48,826 nucleotides of DNA from Cytophagales bacterium. Lineage in GTDB: Bacteria > Bacteroidota > Bacteroidia > Cytophagales > JAAEPT01. A model generated the notes under the pieces. It was not told where the DNA came from, did no database searches, and saw only the letters and a list, made by a program, of their open reading frames with translations. Position 1 is the first letter of the stretch. Each line of letters starts with the position of its first letter. The stretch covers positions 3,034 to 51,859 of the forward strand of contig WTJX01000555.1 in NCBI GenBank assembly GCA_011524675.1, read 5' to 3'. This document shows, one piece after another, positions 15,627 to 25,609 of the stretch. The position numbers were made by a program, and so were the translations under genes.

Positions 15627-16787
15627 ATGGAATTAAAAGTTAGAGAGGTATCAAATACCGAAGAAAAATCTGCAATTGAAGTCGAAGAAAAATTACTTCA
15701 AGAGGCAGAAGAAAAAAATAATCAAGATGCCAAAGTTGAAAATGAGGCAACTGAAGTGGAGCGAGTGGTTATCGGCAATGAGAGTGCCACCTCCACAGAA
15801 ACCGAAGACAGTGTACAGTCGGAAGACCAAGCACAAGAAGAAACAACTCAATCCTCAGAGTTAAGCGAGGAAGACGTTCTTTCATTTATTAAGAATAGAT
15901 ACGATAAGCAGATTAACTCTGTGTCAGATTTATTAGAAGAAACTTCTAAGTCTGAAGAATTACCAGAAGATGTAGCTGCTTATTTTGAGTATAAAAAGAA
16001 AACAGGAAGAGGAATTGAAGACTATGTTAAATTAAACAGAGACTTTGACTCCCTTACTGAAGACCAACTTTTGACTGAGTACATCTTAGCAACCGAAGAA
16101 GGATTTGATAGAGAAGACGCGGAGCTAATGATGGAAGATTACAAGTTTGATGAAGATGAAGATTCAGAGCTTGATATCAAAAAAATAAAGTTGGCAAAGA
16201 AAAAAGCAATTGTTAAAGCTAAGAAGTTCTTTAACGAACAGAAAGAGATGTACAAACAACCCCTTGAGTCAAGTTCGGTTGGGTCTTTTGAAGAGAGTGA
16301 AGAGTATCAAGGCTATAAACAATATGTAGAGCAAGCTAAAACTTTCGAGCAAGAACAAGCGCGAAAGGTCGCTTGGTTTAACCAGGAGACGGACAAAGTC
16401 CTAAATAGTGAGTTTAAAGGTTTTAACTTTACTATTGGAGACAATAAAATTGTTTACAATCCAGGTGGAACTGCAGCTGAAATTAAAAAGGCACAAGAAA
16501 CCCCAATGAATTTTATTGGGAAATATTTAGATGACAAAGGCCTTATTAAAGACGCTGCAAACTACCATAAAGCTTTAGCTGCTGCGCTCAACCCTGACAG
16601 ACTTGCTAAGTTCTTTTACGAACAAGGCAAAGCTGATGCAACTGAGGACGTAAATCGTAAGATGAAAAATATTAATATGACTACGAGAAACGCACCAGAA
16701 GTAGCTAAAAAGGGAGGAACACAGTATCGCTCAATTAGTCAATCCTCAGGGAGAGGACTAAAAATTAGAAGTTTAAAGAAAAGTTAA
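15627..16787 (+). CDS. scaffolding protein (by position and composition)
   Basis: 386 aa, strongly acidic and helical (E/D/K-rich), located between portal and capsid genes. Confidence 0.55.
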   Translation: MELKVREVSNTEEKSAIEVEEKLLQEAEEKNNQDAKVENEATEVERVVIGNESATSTETEDSVQSEDQAQEETTQSSELSEEDVLSFIKNRYDKQINSVSDLLEETSKSEELPEDVAAYFEYKKKTGRGIEDYVKLNRDFDSLTEDQLLTEYILATEEGFDREDAELMMEDYKFDEDEDSELDIKKIKLAKKKAIVKAKKFFNEQKEMYKQPLESSSVGSFEESEEYQGYKQYVEQAKTFEQEQARKVAWFNQETDKVLNSEFKGFNFTIGDNKIVYNPGGTAAEIKKAQETPMNFIGKYLDDKGLIKDAANYHKALAAALNPDRLAKFFYEQGKADATEDVNRKMKNINMTTRNAPEVAKKGGTQYRSISQSSGRGLKIRSLKKS

Positions 16788-16810
16788 AAATTTTAAAAAA
16801 GTAAAAAATT

Positions 16811-18265
16811 ATGAGTGTACAAGCAACCCCAGGGTTTCAGTTACAACCAGCGCCACAACAAGTGCCGTTGGCTACAAACTACATTACTGATTTTAATTTT
16901 CTAAATCAGTATCTACCAGACACGTACGAAAAAGAGTTCGAGCGTTATGGTAACAGAACAATTTCCTCTTTCTTACGTTTGGTAGGAGCAGAGCTACCTT
17001 CAAACTCTGACCTCGTTAAGTGGGCAGAGCAAGGACGACTTCACACAAAATATGTTAAGTGTGGTGCAGGTACTGTTGTTGCAGGCGGAGAAGTTGTTTT
17101 CCAAATCAACGACACATTAGTTCCTGATAGAGCTGCTACTGGCCTTACTGCAGGACAGATTGCAATTCGAGTTGGTCAAACTGTTGTTGTTGCTAACAAT
17201 GACGGAAGTGGCGAATTTAAAGGTCTTGTTATTGCTGTTGATTTAGCAAACAAACAAGTAACAATTGCTTTCTATGACGCGCAAGGTTATACAGGAGGTA
17301 CAGGATTAGGTAATGATGACGCAACTATTTTCATCTATGGTTCAGAATTTAAGAAAGGTACTACTGGAATGGTAGGTTCTTTGGAAGCTGAAGATGAAAT
17401 CTTTGACAATTCTCCTATTATCCTAAAAGACAAATATGCGGTATCTGGTTCAGATATGGCTCAAATCGGATGGATTGAAGTTACTACTGAAAATGGAGCA
17501 ACTGGATATCTATGGTATCTAAAATCAGAGCACGAAACAAGACTTCGTTTTGACGACTATCTTGAAACTGCTATGATTGAAGCTGTTCCAGCTGAAGCAG
17601 GTTCTGGTGTAAAAGCGCAGACTTCCTCTGATATAGTAGGTGATAAAGGTTCTGAAGGTGTATTCCACGCGGTAGAAACACGAGGAAACTTGTGGTCAGG
17701 AGCTTTCCCAAGCGCTCTTTCAGATTTTGACTCTATCATTTCTCGACTTGATAAGCAAGGAGCTATTGAGGAAAATGTAATTTTCCTAAACAGAGACTCA
17801 AGCTTTGACATCGACAATATGTTAGCTGCTCAAAATTCTTATGGTAATCCAGGTGGTACTTCTTACGGATTGTTTGACAATGACGAAGAAATGGCCCTTA
17901 ATCTTGGATTCACAGGATTCCGCAGAGGTTATGATTTCTATAAGTCTGACTGGAAATATCTAAACGACCCCACAATGCGTGGTGGACTTACAGCTGGTAC
18001 TGGTTCTGATGTTGTAAATGGACTATTAGTTCCTGCTGGTTCGACTACTGTTTATGACCAAATCCTTGGTAAAAACGCTAAGAGACCATTCTTGCATGTT
18101 AGATACCGAGCTTCAGAAACTGAAGACAGACGTTACAAAACTTGGATTACAGGTTCTGCTGGTGGCGCTGCTACAAGCGACCTTGATGCGATGGAAGTTA
18201 ACTTCCTATCAGAAAGATGTGTTTGCGTTATGGGCGCGAACAACTTCTTCATGTTCAAGGAGTAA
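16811..18265 (+). CDS. major capsid protein (by position)
   Basis: 484 aa following the scaffold and followed by a strong intrinsic terminator. Ordinary globular composition. Confidence 0.65.
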   Translation: MSVQATPGFQLQPAPQQVPLATNYITDFNFLNQYLPDTYEKEFERYGNRTISSFLRLVGAELPSNSDLVKWAEQGRLHTKYVKCGAGTVVAGGEVVFQINDTLVPDRAATGLTAGQIAIRVGQTVVVANNDGSGEFKGLVIAVDLANKQVTIAFYDAQGYTGGTGLGNDDATIFIYGSEFKKGTTGMVGSLEAEDEIFDNSPIILKDKYAVSGSDMAQIGWIEVTTENGATGYLWYLKSEHETRLRFDDYLETAMIEAVPAEAGSGVKAQTSSDIVGDKGSEGVFHAVETRGNLWSGAFPSALSDFDSIISRLDKQGAIEENVIFLNRDSSFDIDNMLAAQNSYGNPGGTSYGLFDNDEEMALNLGFTGFRRGYDFYKSDWKYLNDPTMRGGLTAGTGSDVVNGLLVPAGSTTVYDQILGKNAKRPFLHVRYRASETEDRRYKTWITGSAGGAATSDLDAMEVNFLSERCVCVMGANNFFMFKE

Positions 18266-18275
18266 TATTAGTTAT

Positions 18276-18314
18276 AAGGAGGGGAGTCGCCTATCGTCTC
18301 CCTTCCTTTTTTTT
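18276..18314 (+). terminator. rho-independent terminator after the capsid gene
   Basis: AAGGAGGGGAG-tcgcctatcgt-CTCCCTTCCTT forms a stem with one mismatch, followed by T8. Confidence 0.75.
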
Positions 18315-18337
18315 AAATTAAATTAAATTATAATAAA

Positions 18338-19093
18338 ATGAAACAACGAAAAAACCTTGTAGACAAGGTCTACAAACTCACACGCAACGCAGCACCACTT
18401 TCTTTTATGCTGCAAACCAGAAGCTCAAGTAAACGACCTTTACTTTATTTTGATAATACTAAAGGTGTAAACCGAGCTTTACGATATGCACGAAATCAAA
18501 ACTCACCATTTGAAGACGAACAAGACGGCAACGCTATAGTTGAGCCAGTTATATTTGAAGATGGATTTTTACGTGTTCCACGAACCAATCCAGTTCTGCA
18601 GGAATTTTTACATTACCATCCATACAATGGTAAAAAATTTATAGAAGTAAATCAGGAACAAGACGCACAAACTGAAGTTAATAAACTAAACTCCAGAGTT
18701 GATGCTCTTATAGAAGCCAGAAATCTTGATATTGACCAGGTTGAAAATTTGTCAAGTGTATTGTTTGGGATAGACCCTGCTAAAATAACTTCATCAGAAT
18801 TACGCAGAGATTTATTAGTATTTGCAGAAAGCCATCCTGATGATTTCTTAGAAGCGATTAACGACCCAATGATGAAGCTACAGGCAACTATCACTCAACT
18901 ATTCAACAAGAAGATTTTGATTTACAAAAATTCTAAAAAAGATGTGTACTTCAACACGTCTTCAAACAAAAAAAGAATGTTGACTTTGCCATTTGGCGAA
19001 GACCCATTGTATGTTATAGCATCTTATTTACAATCTGATGAAGGGATAGATATATTAAAGTTTTTAGAAAAAAAGCTAAAAGCTGAAAAATAA
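18338..19093 (+). CDS. hypothetical virion-module protein (bracketed by two terminators)
   Basis: 251-aa ORF. No motif recognised. Confidence 0.55.
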   Translation: MKQRKNLVDKVYKLTRNAAPLSFMLQTRSSSKRPLLYFDNTKGVNRALRYARNQNSPFEDEQDGNAIVEPVIFEDGFLRVPRTNPVLQEFLHYHPYNGKKFIEVNQEQDAQTEVNKLNSRVDALIEARNLDIDQVENLSSVLFGIDPAKITSSELRRDLLVFAESHPDDFLEAINDPMMKLQATITQLFNKKILIYKNSKKDVYFNTSSNKKRMLTLPFGEDPLYVIASYLQSDEGIDILKFLEKKLKAEK

Positions 19094-19148
19094 TACATAC
19101 ATTTGCAGTGTTCTTCTTTCATGAAGAGCATGGTTCAAATTACTCATA

Positions 19149-19179
19149 GAGGGTGCGGAAACGCATCCTCTTTTTTTTT
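19149..19179 (+). terminator. rho-independent terminator
   Basis: GAGGGTGCG-gaaa-CGCATCCTC (one G:T pair) followed by T9. Confidence 0.75.
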
Positions 19180-19182
19180 ACT

Positions 19183-19190
19183 TATCTTTG
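19183..19190 (+). promoter_or_regulatory. Bacteroidota-type -7 promoter box (TATCTTTG)
   Basis: Immediately follows the terminator T-run. 'cttatctttgta' is shared with the 3711 and 28158 boxes. Lies 18 nt before ATG 19209. Confidence 0.5.
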
Positions 19191-19208
19191 TAGTAAAGAA
19201 ATTAACCG

Positions 19209-20258
19209 ATGAGCATGATTAATTCAGTGCGAGAAACTGTGCTGTCTTTGTTGAATAAAAACAACTACGGATACATTACTCCAAACGATTTTAACTTGTA
19301 TGCTAAGCAAGCTCAATTAGATATATTTGAAGACTACTTTTATCAATACAATTATCAAATCAATAAGGAAAATGTACGCCAGTCAGGCACTGGTTTGGCT
19401 GACATAACAAAAGGTTACGAGGAAGTAATTAATATGTTTTCTCGTTTTGACCCACTTACTAATGTTACGACAACAGACCAAACTCAAGGTGGAGGAGGAG
19501 CTGGGTTACCGCAGATTAATAATTGGCGAGTGCCGACAACTAATACAACTGGATTTGATTATTATTTAATCAATAAGGTTTTATACAACACAAAAGTTTT
19601 GGTCAGCAGTATAGCCACAAATGGTAGTGCTGGTACAATATTGGAAGATACCAATGTTGATTTTTTTGCATCTGGAGTAAGACCAGGGGATTATGTTCAA
19701 ATAGGAGGAAGTGGAGGCTTTGTTGATGTCCTTGACCCAGCAAGCCGAAATATTATATATATAAGTGAAAACTTAGCAGGGTTAGGTATGTCATACACTA
19801 TTTACAATATGCGAGATGGTGTAAAAGATGTCGATAAAGTTACACAAGCAAAGGCAACTATGCTTAGTCAATCTAATTTAACTAAGCCTACCGAGATGTT
19901 TCCTGTGTATACTCAAAATGAAGACGTATTGCAGATATACCCTCAAAACCCTTCGTGGACTCAATACTATTTAGGCGTTGGGGTCAATCCTGATTTTAGC
20001 TCGAATAATTTTGGTAGAGTATTTTGTCAGTATATAAGATATCCCAAAGACCCAAAGTGGACGTATTTTAATTTAGTGGGTAGCGAACCTACGTTTAACC
20101 AAAGCGCTTCAGACTATCAGGATTTTGAATTACCACAAGATGAAGAGCCAACATTGGTCATGAAAATATTACAATTTGCTGGTATGTCCATAAGAGAAGC
20201 TGAAGCAGTTCAATTTGGACAATCGCAAGAATTGGTAGAAAATCAAAATGAGAAATAA
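19209..20258 (+). CDS. virion structural protein (adaptor or tail component, by position)
   Basis: 349-aa ORF, first gene of the post-capsid unit. Confidence 0.5.
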   Translation: MSMINSVRETVLSLLNKNNYGYITPNDFNLYAKQAQLDIFEDYFYQYNYQINKENVRQSGTGLADITKGYEEVINMFSRFDPLTNVTTTDQTQGGGGAGLPQINNWRVPTTNTTGFDYYLINKVLYNTKVLVSSIATNGSAGTILEDTNVDFFASGVRPGDYVQIGGSGGFVDVLDPASRNIIYISENLAGLGMSYTIYNMRDGVKDVDKVTQAKATMLSQSNLTKPTEMFPVYTQNEDVLQIYPQNPSWTQYYLGVGVNPDFSSNNFGRVFCQYIRYPKDPKWTYFNLVGSEPTFNQSASDYQDFELPQDEEPTLVMKILQFAGMSIREAEAVQFGQSQELVENQNEK

Positions 20259-21181
20259 TGGCATATATTAGTGCATGGCAATATTACGAAAATGGAGGCG
20301 GAACACCAGAAAATGAAAACTGGGGGTCATACCAGTATGTAAGCTTGGAAGATATTGTCAACAATTTTATGTTGATGTATGCAGGCAATCATTCTCTTGT
20401 AAATAATGAAGAGCGTTTCAAAGTTTTGTTTCACGCAAAAAGAGCTATTCAGGAACTTAATTACGATGCCTTCAAGGAAATAAAAGTATTAGAACTTCAG
20501 GTGTGTGATAATTTAAGATTTGTACTTCCACCTGATTATGTCAACTGGGTTAGAATATCTATATATAAAGATGGTGTTCTTAGACCTCTTACTGAAAATA
20601 TACAAACTAATTACAGTGATGCTTACTTGCAAGACCACGATTGTAAAATTTTATTTGATGACCAGGGGAATGTTCTCAAGCCATCTTCATCATTGATAGA
20701 CCTGCAAAGAATTGAAGGAACTAAAAAGAGTATATACTTAAATGAAAATAGTCCTTATCATAATATGGAAGGTTACTGCTGTGATGGTTACTGGTATTTC
20801 GATTACGCCATAGGCGCTCGATATGGTTTGAATACAGAAACAGCTAATTCTAATCCTACTTTCCGTATAGACCAAAAAGCTGGAGTAATTAATTTTAGTT
20901 CTGGCATGGCAAAAGAATTTTGTATACTGGAATATGTGTCTGATGGAATGGAATCTGGAGATGATTCTAAAGTAAGTGTAAATAAATTATTTGAAGAATA
21001 TGTGTACGCATACGTCCAGTTTGCAATTCTAAATAGTAAGCAAGGAACGCAAGAGTTTATTGTTAATAGAGCTCGTAAGCGTAGTTCAGCTTTGCTCAGA
21101 AATGCTAAAATTAGAATTAGTAATATACACCCTGGCCGACTATTAATGAATTTAAGAGGTCAGGATAAATGGATAAAGTAA
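20258..21181 (+). CDS. virion structural protein (tail component, by position)
   Basis: 307 aa. Its ATG overlaps the upstream TAA (TAATG). Confidence 0.5.
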   Translation: MAYISAWQYYENGGGTPENENWGSYQYVSLEDIVNNFMLMYAGNHSLVNNEERFKVLFHAKRAIQELNYDAFKEIKVLELQVCDNLRFVLPPDYVNWVRISIYKDGVLRPLTENIQTNYSDAYLQDHDCKILFDDQGNVLKPSSSLIDLQRIEGTKKSIYLNENSPYHNMEGYCCDGYWYFDYAIGARYGLNTETANSNPTFRIDQKAGVINFSSGMAKEFCILEYVSDGMESGDDSKVSVNKLFEEYVYAYVQFAILNSKQGTQEFIVNRARKRSSALLRNAKIRISNIHPGRLLMNLRGQDKWIK

Positions 21182-21182
21182 T

Positions 21183-24100
21183 ATGCCAACTACGCAAAGA
21201 AATTTTATAGCTGGACGAATGAACAAGAGCGTTGATGAACGCCTTGTGCCTAACGGAGAATATATAGACGGACTCAACGTCAGATTAGGTTCTACCGAAC
21301 AGTCGGAGATTGGCTCAGTAGAAAACTCTAAGGGAAACGAAAAGATTACTTCATTAGAGTTTAACAATGTGCCACTTAGTAATCAAGCCAAATGTATTGG
21401 TTCGTTTGAAGATGGACAAAGAGAAACCATAATATGGTTTGTTCATGACCCAGCTTTTCCAGGTTCACCATCAAATATATTAGACTTAATAGTTTCATTC
21501 AATGTTGTTGAGAATGTAACTACATATCATGCTGTTAGTGTAAATGATGGAAGTCAAACTAAAACTACATTAGATTTTAATCCTCAGTTTTTAATTACAG
21601 GTGTTAATCGAGTTGAAGATTTATTATTTTTTACAGATAATATAAATCCACCCAGATTCATAAACCTTGTAACAGGGAAAACATTACCCAACGGAGTTCC
21701 TTTAGTCGACAGTTTTACTGCTGAAGAACTGCTGGTAATTAAAAAACCACCAAGCTCATCTCCAAAGATTACACTTCAAAACGTAAGTGGAGAAGAAAAT
21801 TTTTTGGAAGAAAGATATTTATCTTTTGCGTACAGATATCAATATGCTGATGGAGAATATTCGGCTCTATCTCAATTTTCGGACATAGCTTTTCAGCCAA
21901 GTAATTTTAGTCTTGAAACTGACTCAGGATTAAATGAAGGCATGAAAAATGTTTTTAATTCTGTAAAAATTGAATATAACACAGGCAGTGAATTAGTAAA
22001 AGACGTTGAAGTTGTTTTCAAAGAATCTACAAGTGGTGTCATCAAGTCTATAGAAAAATTCAACAAATTTGAATTAGGTTTAGCAAACAATACTGATTAC
22101 GAAATTAATTTTACTAATAGTAAAATATTTACTGTTTTACCAAATACAGAACTTGTGCGCCTTTACGATAATGTGCCGATAAGAGCAAAAGCACAAACCA
22201 TTATGGGTAATCGTCTTGTTTATGGAAACTATGTTGATGGTTTTGATTTACTTGATAAAAACACCAACCCTGTTAAATTTGAATATAGTGCAACTTTAAT
22301 CTCGGAAGAGATAGGTTTAAATGAGTTGGAAGACGAAGCAGCAGAGCAAATTTATACAGTAGACGCTCCAATAAATATATTGAATGGAAGAGTTAATTTT
22401 GATTTAGATGGGTTAGAACTCAAACAAGGAGCAACTCTAAATTTAGAAGTAAGATTTGGGCACTCTACTTTTGGCGGACAAACTCCATTCCCAGCTGAGC
22501 AAACAGACCAAATAGATATAGCGCTTACCTTTATATTGCCTCAAGATTTCAATAGTGTTTATGAATTAGCTACTGACCCAGCTTTTGCGGAGCTTGTGGG
22601 AACTTCATCAAATATAAAACCAGTGTTTGACCCAGTTCCAGGTAACCCAACTTCGTGTGATGGTTTTACTTTTACTGACCAGTTTAATTGTGCTGTGCCA
22701 AATAACCTGGATAGTTTAACAAAATTTGCCAGTGGCGTTACTTCTACAGGTCAAGCTATACAAGTATATACATCCCCTGGTAGCAACGAAATAGGATTTA
22801 GTTTGTTAGCTATGGAGTTTGTTGATGATACAACAACTCCTACTCAAAGAGTGTACGAATACTATGACATTGTAACTGCAGATGGTACTTATACCGAGTT
22901 AGGAAACCCCAAAAGTTTGCATAGCAATAGAGATTATGAGATTGGGATTGTGTATATGGACGAATTTAATAGGTCAACCACTGCGCTTGTCAGTCCTTTG
23001 AATACCATTCATGTTCCCTGTTCACTATCAAGCCTGGTTAACAAAGTACAAATAAGCATACCGCCTACTCAATTAGCTCCAGTTTGGGCATCAAAATATA
23101 AATTCGTAATAAAACCAGATATGGAAGATTACGAAACTATTTTTACTAATGTATTTTTTAACGACCCAACAACTAACGAAACTTTGTTTTTATTACAAGG
23201 AGAAAACGCCAGAAAAGTAGAAGAGGGCGATAGACTTATAGTTAAAAGAGATACTGATGGCCCAACAGAAAGGTGTAATTATGCTACTGTTTTGGAAAAA
23301 TCAGCTCAGACTAAAGACTTTTTAGACCCAGCTCCGACTGATGCAGATGGTAACGATTTGTTTGTTCCTGCAGGAACTTACATGAGAATTAAAGCAAATG
23401 ACTTTAATGTTATTCAAGGTGACCTTCCAACTATAGCTCCAGGCGTAAAAAAAGACACAGCAAAAGACGATGATGCACATCCTATAGTTAGGTATCCTGT
23501 AAACATTGAAGACCCAAACAATGCAGGAGCTTTCATAGATTACACTATACCAGCTGGCTCAAGGGTTAACATGTCATGGTATTTTAATAGACCTGGTATA
23601 CGTACTAAGTGTGAAAGAAGAAGGTACACGCTTGAAATAGACCACGTTTCTGCACAAAACTATGATAATTTTGTAGATTTTTTTAATGGAGAAAATATTG
23701 CGCCACGATTAAATACAGGAACAGCTGAAACAAAAGGTGAGGCTGATTGTCCACCTCCATACTTCAGAACTCAATACATTCAGCAAATAGCGACAAATAA
23801 AAACGATATACCTACAGCATCATGTACGTATTATTTTAAGTTCTTTAGAGATACCCAAACCAATGAAACATTGTTTATGGTAACTGGAACAAATACTTGT
23901 CGCCACATAGGTAGTGGTTCACGTAAAAGAAGAGCGAGTGTAGAAATGGAGATTACTGTTATTAGAGCAGAATCTACTATAGTGTTTGAAACTTTACCTC
24001 AAGACGCAACGCCAGATTTATGGTATGAGTCTTCTCAGTCTTATGACATAGACACTACAACTGGACATCATTCAGGGAATGTACAATCGCAAACAGACGT

Positions 24101-25607
24101 TCAGTCAGCTATTATAGACACTGCATTTTTTAATTGCTATGCTTTTGGCAATGGTGTAGAGAGCTACAAAATTAGAGATTCTATAATAGGAAAAGAATTT
24201 GCACTTGGAGAAAGAACAGCGTCAACTTCAGAAGTTGATTTTAAAGAAGCTCATAGGTTTGCTGATTTAACTTATAGTGGTGTTTACAATGACGAGTCTA
24301 ATGTAAATAAACTCAACGAGTTTAATTTAGGTCTACTTAACTTCAAGCCATTAGAAGATACTTTTGGCTCAATACAAAAATTAGATGGACGAGAAACAGA
24401 TATATTAGTATTGCAAGAAGATAAAATATCTTACGTCTTAACAGGTAAAAACCTCCTATCTGATTCAACTGGCGGTGGGCAAGTGGCATCTGTTCCTGAA
24501 GTTTTAGGAACTCAGATTGCGCGTATTGAAGAATATGGTATTAGTAAAAACCCAGAAAGCTACGTACAATGGGGATTCGATAAATACTTTACTGACTCTA
24601 AAAGAGGAGTTGTTTTAAAACTTTCTGGCTCTGGTCAGAGCGAACAACTAACTGTTATTTCAGAGTTTGGATTGCGTTCTTATTTTAGAGATTTATTTAT
24701 AGCTTCTCCAGACACGCAGAAGTTGGGTGGGTATGACCCATATATGAACGAGTATGTTATTAGCTCAAACATGGAAGAATTACCAGACCTTCCATTGTGT
24801 TTTGATTGTGACCTTAAACGAACATTTAATTTAGAGGCCAACAATACAGTAGAATACTGTGTAGATGTAGGCCAGTTGGTTGGCAATGTAGCTGTCGATG
24901 TTATTATTGATGGTAGCGCTACAGTAACAGCTGAATACAACGGAACTACAAACAGCAGTAATTCTACAGGAACTATAAACATTGATAAGAATGTTGTAGA
25001 CAAAGAGGAGGTAAATATTACTATTGTGCCTTCTACTGACTCAATTGTTTCAGTTGTAGTTAATTGTCCTGTTGCTGATGTTATTACAATTGTTCAAGTG
25101 TGTTTAACAAATGCAACTGAAGCTGAACAGCTTATCCACAATGAATATAGATGGGTTGATGGAACATTTGTTTCACCATTACATTCGGAGCAAGTTCAAT
25201 TTATTGACGACACTGCATCCATAGTGGTATCACAATTTGAAAGTGTTACTGGCCCTCAAGGAGCAGGAGTAATCCCTGCCGATGGCGCAAGTGTTTCGAT
25301 TATATCCAGAAAAGATAATACAGATGACTTTGTTTTTGACCCAAGCCAAAATGAGTTTAGAGTTTTAAGAACAAACACTGTATATAACACAACTCCAGCA
25401 AGTATACTAAGTTTATTAAACGCTTCTGATTTGTTAACGACAGATACGTCACAAGCTCCAATAGCTTACAAATCATCGTTTATTATGCCAACTACTGGGG
25501 ATTACTTATATTTGATATACGATTACAGAAAATCAGTTGCAGAAGACTTGTGCTACTCAACAGTTGATTTAGATGACGTATGTTGTAATTGTACAGGAAC
25601 ACCATAA
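21183..25607 (+). CDS. large virion or tail protein (hub/nozzle-like, by size and position)
   Basis: 1474-aa uninterrupted ORF, beta-rich composition, Cys-rich C-terminus (...DLDDVCCNCTGTP). Confidence 0.55.
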   Translation: MPTTQRNFIAGRMNKSVDERLVPNGEYIDGLNVRLGSTEQSEIGSVENSKGNEKITSLEFNNVPLSNQAKCIGSFEDGQRETIIWFVHDPAFPGSPSNILDLIVSFNVVENVTTYHAVSVNDGSQTKTTLDFNPQFLITGVNRVEDLLFFTDNINPPRFINLVTGKTLPNGVPLVDSFTAEELLVIKKPPSSSPKITLQNVSGEENFLEERYLSFAYRYQYADGEYSALSQFSDIAFQPSNFSLETDSGLNEGMKNVFNSVKIEYNTGSELVKDVEVVFKESTSGVIKSIEKFNKFELGLANNTDYEINFTNSKIFTVLPNTELVRLYDNVPIRAKAQTIMGNRLVYGNYVDGFDLLDKNTNPVKFEYSATLISEEIGLNELEDEAAEQIYTVDAPINILNGRVNFDLDGLELKQGATLNLEVRFGHSTFGGQTPFPAEQTDQIDIALTFILPQDFNSVYELATDPAFAELVGTSSNIKPVFDPVPGNPTSCDGFTFTDQFNCAVPNNLDSLTKFASGVTSTGQAIQVYTSPGSNEIGFSLLAMEFVDDTTTPTQRVYEYYDIVTADGTYTELGNPKSLHSNRDYEIGIVYMDEFNRSTTALVSPLNTIHVPCSLSSLVNKVQISIPPTQLAPVWASKYKFVIKPDMEDYETIFTNVFFNDPTTNETLFLLQGENARKVEEGDRLIVKRDTDGPTERCNYATVLEKSAQTKDFLDPAPTDADGNDLFVPAGTYMRIKANDFNVIQGDLPTIAPGVKKDTAKDDDAHPIVRYPVNIEDPNNAGAFIDYTIPAGSRVNMSWYFNRPGIRTKCERRRYTLEIDHVSAQNYDNFVDFFNGENIAPRLNTGTAETKGEADCPPPYFRTQYIQQIATNKNDIPTASCTYYFKFFRDTQTNETLFMVTGTNTCRHIGSGSRKRRASVEMEITVIRAESTIVFETLPQDATPDLWYESSQSYDIDTTTGHHSGNVQSQTDVQSAIIDTAFFNCYAFGNGVESYKIRDSIIGKEFALGERTASTSEVDFKEAHRFADLTYSGVYNDESNVNKLNEFNLGLLNFKPLEDTFGSIQKLDGRETDILVLQEDKISYVLTGKNLLSDSTGGGQVASVPEVLGTQIARIEEYGISKNPESYVQWGFDKYFTDSKRGVVLKLSGSGQSEQLTVISEFGLRSYFRDLFIASPDTQKLGGYDPYMNEYVISSNMEELPDLPLCFDCDLKRTFNLEANNTVEYCVDVGQLVGNVAVDVIIDGSATVTAEYNGTTNSSNSTGTINIDKNVVDKEEVNITIVPSTDSIVSVVVNCPVADVITIVQVCLTNATEAEQLIHNEYRWVDGTFVSPLHSEQVQFIDDTASIVVSQFESVTGPQGAGVIPADGASVSIISRKDNTDDFVFDPSQNEFRVLRTNTVYNTTPASILSLLNASDLLTTDTSQAPIAYKSSFIMPTTGDYLYLIYDYRKSVAEDLCYSTVDLDDVCCNCTGTP

Positions 25608-25609
25608 AT

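Noticed and set aside
15676-15864. A Lys-rich 62-aa alternate-frame ORF inside the scaffold gene.
   Set aside because: It is the +1 reading of a GAA/AAG-rich acidic segment, a typical frame shadow of low-complexity coding sequence.
19094-19150. A 'GGTTCAAAT' T-loop-like string (about 19131-19139) in a non-coding gap, which could hint at a tRNA.
   Set aside because: I could not fold the flanking 70-80 nt into acceptor, D or anticodon arms, and the T-stem halves are not complementary. The region is better explained as terminator plus promoter.
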